A DNA stretch of 61,869 nt, counting the filler, from Rhabdomonas costata (lineage: Eukaryota), in assembly GCA_019059605.1 (NCBI GenBank). It is 17 parts of 17 records of this genome, joined end to end, with 100 filler letters (N's around TTAATTAATTAA, not from the genome) between each part and the next. Parts side by side here need not be neighbours in the genome. Positions count along the whole stretch, not along the records: positions 47,431 to 50,962 come from JAHMHO010000748.1; positions 51,063 to 54,611 come from JAHMHO010000749.1; positions 54,712 to 58,240 come from JAHMHO010000750.1; positions 58,341 to 61,869 come from JAHMHO010000751.1; 13 more parts are not named here. The stretch is one strand, 5' to 3'. Position 1 is the first letter of the stretch. Each line of letters starts with the position of its first letter. The notes beneath the pieces are model-generated. The model was not told where the DNA came from. It worked only from the letters and a program-made list of their open reading frames with translations, and ran no database searches. Position numbers and translations under genes: made by a program. Positions 49,246 through 58,821 of this stretch are shown piece after piece.

Positions 49246-50640
49246 ATGGACTCACGCCCGTTTTTCTGCCTCCTGCCGTGTTTACTGCCCCTTTCTCAGC
49301 ATCTTTCTGCCATCCCAAGTCCCCCAATGCAGAGGGTTGGTGCAGGCATTGGTTGGTGCTTACGCCGTTCCCTGGTTGCGTCGGTGCTCTCTTGTCCCCC
49401 TCATCGGCGACTGCACCTCGGCAACACGCCCCCCTCTGTAAGAGAACCCAACAACAACAAGCTGTCTGAGGCCTCCCTTAACTCTGACCTCCAAAACTTC
49501 ACGCTGGCTAAAGCAGCACTTGATCAAGCCGAGGCTTTGGTCAAAGAGACCCGGGCTGCCTATGTCTCCGCACTGGAAGCTCTGGACGCCGCGCGTTTTC
49601 GGTACAATTTGCTCTGCGGTTCCAAGCGCCAGGGCAGCATCTCGGCGTGCAGCAACAAGGTTGCAGCTCCTTCTGCTTCGGCTGCTACCCCTGCCACTGG
49701 ACTGCCCCATACACCTGGCATTCGCCCCTCGGGTATCCCGTGGCAGACGTTGGGTTCCCCAGAGACGGTCCGAGTAATAACTCTGGATGGAATGCTCAGC
49801 GAGCCATGCGATGTCGTCTTTGAGCCCCGGCGACGAATGTACGCCGTGGCAGATTTTGGAGCTGACCGCGTTGCCCTGCTGGACCCTCGACTCAACTTTT
49901 TGAGGAGCTTCTCCACTGACAAGAATGGTGATCCCCTTGTGCTGCCAATTTCGGTTGCCTTCAGTCACCGCGGCGAAGCGGTTCTTGCGCTGGATTCTAA
50001 AGGACAGATCCATGGCTTCGATGTAGAGAGCGGGAAAGCAGTGCTCGGCGTGGGACCCACCATCGAGGGACTGGAGCCCCCTTTGAACAACCCTCACGGG
50101 ATACGTGTTGACCCTAGCACCGGGAACCTATACGTGGCAGACTTCGGGAACCATCGAATTGTTGTGCTGAGCCCGCAGGGGGCCTTGCTGGGGACCCTTG
50201 GTGGACGGGGTACCGGGGATGGCCAGTTCAGCTTTCCGACAAACTGTGATGTCACGGAGGACACCCTGTGGGTGTGTGACTACAGCAACAGCCGGGTGCA
50301 AAAGTATCGTCGAGCAGAATCCCAAGGAAGCTGGGACTTTGCCCTCGCCCAAGGGACGTACGGGCCGGGCCCGGAGAGCTTTCATTGGCCGGAGCGCATC
50401 TGCGCGGTGGCGGAGGAAGCCGTGGTTCTGGTTGCTGACAAGGACAACCACCGTGTGAAGGTGGCTCGGGCAGAGGACCTGAGCTTTGTAGCGAGCATTG
50501 GGACGCCAGGCAGCGGGCCAGGCCAGCTCAATCAAGCCTGGGGCGTGGCAGTAGACCTGCAGTGGGGGGCCGTCACCGTAGCAGACTGCTACAACCACCG
50601 CCTGCAGCTGTTCTGCGCTCACGGGCTACCTCCGAATTGA
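49246..50640 (+). CDS. NHL-repeat (beta-propeller) protein with N-terminal coiled coil, intronless
   Basis: Six NHL-like repeats (e.g. LNNPHGIRVD..LYVADFGNHRIVV, GTGDGQFSFPT, VADKDNHRVKV, VADCYNHRLQLF). The true start may be downstream of 49246. Confidence 0.9.
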   Translation: MDSRPFFCLLPCLLPLSQHLSAIPSPPMQRVGAGIGWCLRRSLVASVLSCPPHRRLHLGNTPPSVREPNNNKLSEASLNSDLQNFTLAKAALDQAEALVKETRAAYVSALEALDAARFRYNLLCGSKRQGSISACSNKVAAPSASAATPATGLPHTPGIRPSGIPWQTLGSPETVRVITLDGMLSEPCDVVFEPRRRMYAVADFGADRVALLDPRLNFLRSFSTDKNGDPLVLPISVAFSHRGEAVLALDSKGQIHGFDVESGKAVLGVGPTIEGLEPPLNNPHGIRVDPSTGNLYVADFGNHRIVVLSPQGALLGTLGGRGTGDGQFSFPTNCDVTEDTLWVCDYSNSRVQKYRRAESQGSWDFALAQGTYGPGPESFHWPERICAVAEEAVVLVADKDNHRVKVARAEDLSFVASIGTPGSGPGQLNQAWGVAVDLQWGAVTVADCYNHRLQLFCAHGLPPN

Positions 50641-51737
50641 GGAGAGGGGATTGTTCACGATGGGAGGACACAATATACCTGACCCTTGCGTCCTTGTGTC
50701 ATTTAGACTGTCAGTGGCGCTGGACTTGCCTGTGTGATTTGTTCTTTTTCGTCCCCTTGTTCTGTTTCTACTGCGAAACATCCTGACAATACAGCGATGG
50801 GTACTTCTCATGGGGACCCTGAAATTTCGTGTGCATTGACCACTAAACCTCTTCATACGTCCTTTCATCCCTCCAATTAGATGCCATTTGGGGGTGCAGG
50901 AGCGCTCGTTCTGTCTGTGTTCGGTTGCGCTGTTCACTTTCAATGAGGTGCGGCCTTCCTAGNNNNNNNNNNNNNNNNNNNNNNNNNNNNNNNNNNNNNN
51001 NNNNNNTTAATTAATTAANNNNNNNNNNNNNNNNNNNNNNNNNNNNNNNNNNNNNNNNNNNNTGTGGTGGGGGGAAGCAAAAAACAAGGGAAGGAAGAAG
51101 AAGGGAAGTCAAAGGCCGCCGACCCGTGACAGGTGGGTCTCAGTGCGTGTACCCATGCTGTGAGTCCCGATTTCATCCATGGTAGAATCCAGATTTGGGG
51201 CTGTCAGCCCTTCCTGTCAAGCCCCCACCCATGAGAGTCCCGAATTGGAGGTGCTGGGTGCGTCTTTTCCTATTTAGCCCTGGCCTATACGATATAGCGG
51301 GACGGGAGAGTGGCGGGAGATGAGGAAGCGCGGTTGGAGTGGGGACACAACCCATTTAGCTCTTGGCAGGTAAGGGCAAATCGAATTAGAAATCTAGACC
51401 CAGTTCGTTTGGCTCAATAGGGAGCGTACCCCCCCGCCCGTCATGCTCATCTAATTGAGGATTATTCCGATAAAACGGCTGGCAATCCGACTCAATGAGT
51501 GCGTGCATACCTGGAAGCCTTTCCACACTAGTCCCCAAATGGTAGACAATGGAAAACGCAAACTGCAGAACAATCTGGAACGACGTCGGGCACAAAAGTC
51601 ATCCGATCGGTAAAAATACGAGAGAGAGAGAGAGAGAGAGAGAGAGGCAGACAATGAATCACATGATGAAGCCAACGGAGGGAGAACAATTCGAAGACGA
51701 AGTATAATGCAATGAATGCGTCAGTACTATGACAGCA

Positions 51738-52571
51738 TCACGAAATAGGTTTGATCACAGCCCATTTACTTTGCTTCAAATGCACAATAAGCTCCAGCTT
51801 ATGCTTCTGGGCAAACTCTCGGACAGCACGGACCACCCCAGGCCAAGCGCGGGGTCGGAAGTCATCGCCCAGCAGGACACCCCCTGGGGCCACAAGAGGC
51901 CACCACAACCGGATGTCCTCCGCGACGTCCTCGTACTCATGGGCGGCGTCGATGTGAACCAGGTCGGCGAGTACCTTGCGGGAGGCCAGAAAGGTCGCCG
52001 CAAGCCGAGAAGGAACTGGGAATGGGATGACGTAATCTTTAAGCCTCTGGCGCACCATGTTGCTGAGAAAGGTGTAGTACACGCTGGGGTAGCCATGGCG
52101 GAAGTGAAGGTTGCGGGAAGGGTCGATGTGCCCCCGATTCCAGAATTCCAGGGCGCCCAGCCAAGTGTCCACGCACAGAAGGGCTCCTGAGCCCTGATCC
52201 TTGAGGTACCCTCCTAGGTGGGAGGCGGAGAGCCCCTTCCAGACCCCAACCTCCACAATGAGTTGGGGGCGGGCCATCTTGCAGAAGAGGTTATAGAGCT
52301 CGGCGTGAGGGGACGGGCCGGTGAGGTTTCCGGGCAAGGGACGAAAGCCTTGGAAAACGTTGTGCTGGTGGTAGATTGTGGGCATTCCGAAGGTGCAGCT
52401 GGGTCCGCCGCGGCCAGGGGCGCACTTGCAGGAATTGTTCACACAACTGCCCCACCCGCTGGAGGAGTAGCAGTTTGCTGGGCATCCTTGATACTGGATC
52501 ACTGCGCCCGCACAGAAATCCAGCAAAAGAATGTGTACCAAAAATAAAAGGGGCAGACAAGGAAAAAACAT
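51738..52571 (-). CDS. Signal peptide + EGF-like domain + class I SAM-dependent methyltransferase (Methyltransf_24-like), intronless
   Basis: MFFPCLPLLFLVHILLLDFCAGA leader; CPANC..G.C.NNSCKCAPGRGGPSC; IVEVGVWKGLSA, CVDTWLG, DLVHIDAAHEYEDV..D..W..LVAPGGVLLGDDF, WPGVVRAV. Confidence 0.9.
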   Translation of the reverse strand: MFFPCLPLLFLVHILLLDFCAGAVIQYQGCPANCYSSSGWGSCVNNSCKCAPGRGGPSCTFGMPTIYHQHNVFQGFRPLPGNLTGPSPHAELYNLFCKMARPQLIVEVGVWKGLSASHLGGYLKDQGSGALLCVDTWLGALEFWNRGHIDPSRNLHFRHGYPSVYYTFLSNMVRQRLKDYVIPFPVPSRLAATFLASRKVLADLVHIDAAHEYEDVAEDIRLWWPLVAPGGVLLGDDFRPRAWPGVVRAVREFAQKHKLELIVHLKQSKWAVIKPIS

Positions 52572-53063
52572 CGCCGTGGGGAACTGCGTGTGTGCGCGTT
52601 GATGTGATACGTGAAAGTGCTTTAGGAGCAGCGAAAAACACAGTGATACCCACATCGACTTTTGTCATCGTCTGTCTACACAAAGGGTAACCCGCACTGT
52701 TTATCCCTGATGCGTGATAGTGCCCAGGCTCCGAAATATGCGCAATTAGGCACGGAAGAGATGGATGGTAAACGCCGAAACATATAGTGACCTCCGCTCA
52801 ATTGCAAACCCTCTACCCAACATGGAAACTGCCGAGTACGAGGGAGTACCCAAGCGCCATGAAACTTCACTGGCCTCTGACCCAACAAATGGCATTGTAC
52901 GCCAAGGAAACTACAGTGCAAGCTTCCAGGATACACGACGAGAGCTCCGCATGTGCACAATAAGACTGACACCGCACACTCCAAACTCAGCAAAAAAAGG
53001 CGTCTGTGCCTGTGCCTCACATCCAGGGGCACAACTAGAAGCGGAACAACCCCCCTCCCACAC

Positions 53064-53100
<37 letters not shown>

Positions 53101-54739
53101 ATGCACTTGGCAATAATAAGTATTTTCTGGGGAGGACTCGAGGTCCACTTCCCCCCTGGGCTCCCACCTTTCGATGGGGCATGGGCCCATCGGGCCTCAC
53201 ACCCTTGTCGGCCCATGGTACCTTGTCCCGCTGTCTTGTCACGTATGGTTGGTTTACCCCATGTGACCCCCGATCCACAGTGTACGCGGGGCCTTGGGAA
53301 CCCCGATTGGCGCGTTTGGAGATCTCTTTGCTCTCTTGTTGTTTGGTCTGTTCTTTGGTCTCGTACACTTCCTTTTGGGCGCTATTGCCCTTGTGGGTTT
53401 GGGTCCTCCATCCCACTCCGGGCTTAGACCCGCTTTCCTGGTGGACGGGCATGGTTACCTTACTCTGTCCCTGCTGCCATCTGGGCTTCGCTTCTCTCAC
53501 TTCTCCACTTGCCCGGGCATCCCTTCGTGCCTTGTGGGCCCTCCGTATTGCTTCCTCACTTCCCCTCTGGTCTCCCACTTCTCGCTGCCATTCTCCCCTT
53601 CTCTCGTGCTGATCCTGCACGCTGCTCCTGTCCCACCGCCGGCTTTCCACTCCTCGCTGCCACTCGTCACTTCTTGGGGGCTCCTTTTCTCGCCTGATCC
53701 AGCCTGCCCTCACACCGGGATCTGTGGTTCTCTCCATCTCACGCTCCACCGTCCATTCTAACCATTCCTGCTCACCGTCCCTTCGCGCGCTCGACTTCGA
53801 GCTCTTCTGTCCATTCCGCCCATCTCTGAACATGCGTCCCAGCCCGGATGCTAGCCACGATATCACCTTTGCGGGTCAGGCTGTAGCCGTCATTGCATGG
53901 GTGATTCTGGGGGCGTCGGTCTACTCGCTGTGGCTGTTTCACTCTGGCCCTACCCCCTTGACCGAGGGGGTAATCTCCGTTTTGTCATGAGTAACGATTA
54001 TTCCAGTTCTGGTGGCTCCGGAGGATGCGGGCTTGTCAGGCTATGCACCCGTGCCAGGGTTTCACCCTTTATTGTCCCCACAGGGACCCGTCAGATCACT
54101 GCTTCTCTCCTGGGCACCATCTTCTCCACCTCCGTCACCACGGCTTTCACCACTCTTTTTTTTCCTTTCCTCCCTTTCTCCTCCTCCCTCCCTCCCTCTT
54201 TCCTTCTTCCCACCCTTCTTTATCTCCACCTTCTCTTGTCCTTTTTCCTCTCCTTTTCCCCCTTGCTTGGCCTCGCGCCTGCCCCTTTCCCTCATTCTTT
54301 TCTCTGCTGGCTCCCACTTCGCTCCTTAGCTGCTGCACACTGCATCTCCGTTCCCCCTCTCTTGGGTCATCACTTCCATTCTCTCTGCGCTGAACTCCGC
54401 ACTGCTACCGCCTCCCACTGCGTGCTGAAGAGTCTCAGGCCTGGCTTTTCTTATCGCTGCGTCTTCTCTTCTCACCTCAAGCGGGTCCATTCCAAAACGC
54501 TTTGCCAGCGTGATCACCCGGTACAGCTCAAACTCCCCTGGATGTTCTGGACGCACCGGTTCGGTCCAGCAGACTGAACAGTGCGGGAGCGAAGAACTTG
54601 GCCACCCCCCCNNNNNNNNNNNNNNNNNNNNNNNNNNNNNNNNNNNNNNNNNNNNTTAATTAATTAANNNNNNNNNNNNNNNNNNNNNNNNNNNNNNNNN
54701 NNNNNNNNNNNGTTTTTGTGGAACTGCTTCTACCTGGCC

Positions 54740-56245
54740 CCCCGCACCATAGATGAATCCCAGTGGGCAGCGGGACGGGTAGAAGCAGTTCCACCAAAAT
54801 GCAAGCCAGCCCACGTACAGGTGCCCCGTGCAGTTACCATGACAGCTGAGCTCCTCCAGCAGCGAAAGCACCTTGTGGGGGCAGAACTGAGTGTCGGAGT
54901 CCATCTTGGCCACGAAGTCTGCCGTGGGGAAGTGCTTCGCTGCGAAACGCCACCAGTACATAGACTTTCCATTGTTCATGTTCTCTCGGATGGGCAGGTA
55001 GGTGACCCCAGGCTCTGGAACCTCACCGGGATTCAAGCGGCCCTGAACAAGAGTAAAACTAAGCCCGCATTTCAGGGGCGCAGTGGGACCCTGAGACTCT
55101 ACTCCTCCTCCTGCTATTGCCGTGGACACGAAGGCTGCCTCGCCAAGTAGCGCCCGCCACTGCCGCCGCCTCACCACTTCATGGGAGGTGGTGAAAAGCC
55201 CCACCAGAACTCGCAGGCATGATCCCTTGACTCGTTCCACTGGCGGGGTTACTGGCAGCGGAGTAGGAGCACCAGGGATGGGCTCATCCCACGGGCTACC
55301 AATGACTGGCAAGGGTGGTGGACGACCCTCGGATGGTCCATGGCCAGCCCGGCAGCTCTTTTCGAAGTTCTCCAGCTTCTGATCAGGGTGCTCGACGAAA
55401 TTCCACACCAAACCACGCATGGGAAGGAGCTGTACGAATCGCAGTCGGAGCTTCGACCAACACAAGAGCAGACCCGTGATCCGCTGGTCCACCGACTGCC
55501 CCAGGCTTTCCCACGACTTAGTGGAAAGGTACTGGACCAAGTCTTGCGACAGCACCTCCAGGCCACCGCCGTCGTTGATAAAATAGTACTTAGGGCATGA
55601 TCTCCGCCGCCTGCAAGGCCAATTGAAGTGAAAGACCGCCGCATACATCGCTACCAAGCAACCGCCGCGACAGCTCACCTCATCCAGCAGGGAAAGCAGT
55701 CTATGGGGGCAGAATTGAGTCATTGACTCCACCTTAGCCACGAAATCTGCCGTGGGGAAGTGCTTCGCCGCGAAGCGCCACCAGTACATAGACTTTCCTA
55801 AGGGTTTATTCGCCTCAATGGAAAGGTAGGTGACCCCAGGCTCTGGAACCTTACTGGCATTCAATCGGCCCTGAACAAAGGTGTAACTCAGCCCGCATTT
55901 CAGGGGCGCAGTGGGACCCTGAGACTCTAGTCCTCCTCCTGCTATTGCCGTGGACACGAAGGCTGCCTCGCCAAGTAGCGCCCGCCACTGCCGTCGTCTC
56001 ACCACTTCATGAGAGGTGGTGAAAAGCCCCACCAGAACTCGCAGGCAGGATGCCTTACCCAGCTCCGATGGCTGGGCGAGGGGAAGCGAAGAGGTATCAA
56101 CAGTGACCAGGGGATTGGGCTCGACCCCTGAGATTCCTGTGATTTGCAACGGTGAAGTAGCTGGCATGTTTCTTGGCACCCACGCTCCCAGAGACTGAAC
56201 AAGAAGACAGATGAGCAGCACGGCTGCTCTTGTGAGCCCTTGCAT
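54740..56245 (-). CDS. GT31 galactosyltransferase-like protein with two tandem catalytic domains, intronless, 3'-partial
   Basis: Leader MQGLTRAAVLLICLLVQSLGA. Domain 2 has RR..R, ENMNNGKS..WW and DFVAKMDSDT. Domain 1 is an 828-nt-offset copy with EANKPLGKS and DFVAKVESMT. Confidence 0.87.
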
Positions 56246-56768
56246 TTTACTCAGGAAGCTGAAAGCACGCAACAAAAGCGCTTTATTCTTATCACTCTGC
56301 GAGAGTTGCGAGAGAATGACAAACAAAACTCAACAGTTTATACCATCGGAGGGCTGCCAGAGTTGAAAGCTAACATCAACCACTCTCTGGCGGCGTCTGG
56401 CCTCCGCTTCTACGCTTATGCTAACGCCACTCTTCAGCCAAAACCCAGCGGCAGGTGCTGCACTGCTGAAAGCGAAAAAATTAAACCACGGAATGCAATC
56501 GCGCTCGGTTCCGAGACGTCAATGAAAAAGGTTCTAGCCGTTCTGGCTCTGGTTGGTGGAACAGACCTGTGACACTGTACAGGATCACAGAAAATAAGCA
56601 CTGAGAGTGCCAGCGGTCACCAAATGGCAAGAACGATGACTGCTGCTGCAGTACTATGATACAGGCCCTTGTGAAACAGCCCAACCACCAGAAGGGACCT
56701 CTTCCCTAGGTCAGGGGAAGTGGACCCACAGTGGAGAGTAGAGTGGTGGGATGATTACGGACTACCAC

Positions 56769-58166
56769 TCAGCGTCTGGACGTAGGCAGTCCCACCCCAA
56801 CAGGGGGTGGGGGAGACCGCACGCGGCGCAAGGAGACCTTCCCTGCGGAGGTGGAGGAGGAGGGCTGCGGGGGTGGTGTGGCGCCTGGCGGCGGGCCAAA
56901 GACATGGCTCAGCCGCTGCTCAAGCACCCGGAAGACCTCAACAATCTGGTGCTTCAACACCATCAGCGGAGGGGACAGCACCAGCGTGCTGCCTTTGAGC
57001 AGAGAGGCGAGAGAGCGAGAGACAGAAAGAGACAGGCGTGGGTGGGCGGCTCATAGGTGCCCTCGCGTGTACACGCGTGTCGCGGGTCTCGGGGAATGCT
57101 TTTGGTGGTCGCGTTCTGCGGCTAATCGCGTGTAAACCGAGGGCAAGCGTTATTGCCACTGAGGCATGGTGGTCATGTTCTGCATTTGAGTAAGGTGCTT
57201 CTTGGAGCATACGTGCATGTCTTTATACAATGCGGGCCGCATCGGAACTGCCCAATGAGAATACTTTATTGGGGTGCAAATAGCGAAGATAACTTAGGTC
57301 AGGAGAAAGGAGAAAGAAGGAAGGCCGAAAGCATACAGCGCAAATGGGACGCATGTTCTTGCCCCACTTGTGGAAGCCGCTCAGCGAAGGCCCACCACCC
57401 CTCTATCTTGAGACTGTATTTCTAAAAATAGTTCAACGAGTCTCATGGACACAGAGAGAAGCAGAAGTACCAGAGCCAAAAGGACCACAACAAAGAAACG
57501 CGCCGTTGCTAATGGTGAAGCTCAGCCCCAACTCCATGCACCCATACATCACCCGCTCGGCCTCCTCCACAGCCCTCTCTGTGGTCCCAGGCCGCACCAG
57601 CTCCACGCACAGCACCAGTCCCACGCCGCGGACCGCGGCGATGCAGGGGTGCCGGCACTGCATCTCCTGCGGTACGAATGGGACAAGTGGGTATGTGTTG
57701 GCCTTCGCGTTGGACCTTGGACTGCGGTTTGCTCCCGTTGCCGGGAGCAGAAAGGTGCAGCGCCCAGTCTGGAGTGGTGCCAAGTGGGTACCTTAAGAAG
57801 TGTTGAGTTCCAGACGCAGCTGTCGCAAAAAGACTGTCGAACTCTGCCCACTGCTATTGCGCAGCAAATGGCACACACTATACTAAAGACGCGAGGGTGT
57901 GTGTATGTGTGTGTGCGCGCGCCACAGTGTAAGGCTTCAGTTTCTGTTCAGCATCTGTGAGCCAGTGCATTTCTTGAGTAAGATATCAGAATGGCCTGCC
58001 CTTTCGCTCAAAATAGTGAACGTGCTGCCCGCGATGTGTGCATAGGATGTGCGAGTGTGCGCGTTTGCCTCGAGCTTCTCCAGGGCGAACCGCCCGGTGT
58101 CCAAGCAGCGCGACAGCACCCCCTCCTCCTCAATGATCTCCAGCACTGTCAGCGCCGCGGCGCACC
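56769..58166 (-). CDS. Class-III PLP-dependent aminotransferase-fold enzyme, C-terminal part (PbfA-like)
   Basis: Exons 58166-58069, 57666-~57500 and ~56988-56769 give GCAAALTVLEIIEEEG..HPCIAAVRGVGLVLCVELV..EAERVMYGCMELGLSFTISNG.TLVLSPPLMV. Confidence 0.85.
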
Positions 58167-58821
58167 CTGAGCCCAAGACCCCCAAAAAAAACCTACCTTC
58201 CCATCCGCCAACCACTTCAGATTGCTCAGACGTCCAAAAANNNNNNNNNNNNNNNNNNNNNNNNNNNNNNNNNNNNNNNNNNNNTTAATTAATTAANNNN
58301 NNNNNNNNNNNNNNNNNNNNNNNNNNNNNNNNNNNNNNNNTTTTTGATGTTTACCACCTATAAATTAAAGCTATTGATTTGTTTCAAGGCAGATGGCATC
58401 AGCTAGCTTCACTGCGTTTCCTGTTCTCCTTCCATGCCCTTCTTTTGTATGGAGCCGAAGTTGCTCTCATTTTCCAGCTAAAGGAATATAGTTATAGTTC
58501 ATGGTTCATAGTTATATAGTTCATCATATAGTTCATTATTAGTAAAAACAACAGTGAATAGTGAAAACAGTTGAGGAAGTCGGCTCACCACAAAAGGCAA
58601 CCTCCGGTTAGCTTCCGTCCTTTCCTGAGCAGCGCATCGAACTCAAAATAAAAACCGACCTACAGCAGGTAGCAAGGTTGCTATGAAACAGACTCCTGTA
58701 TGCAAGAATAATGGCAAGGATCGAGCAAAGACGTCCCTTTCCGCGAGGAAAGAGAGTGCAGACGAGGCGACTGCACAGTGAATCACCCTCACCTATGCTC
58801 ACGGACGAGCCTGCTTGGCTC

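Noticed and set aside
49360-50622. Long antisense ORFs opposite the NHL gene (and similar ones opposite other exons)
   Set aside because: They are shadow frames of GC-rich coding sequence with no recognisable motifs.
3584-58340. Regularly spaced TTAATTAATTAA motifs as a biological repeat or CRISPR-like array
   Set aside because: They sit in N runs of fixed 100-nt length and are artificial contig linkers.
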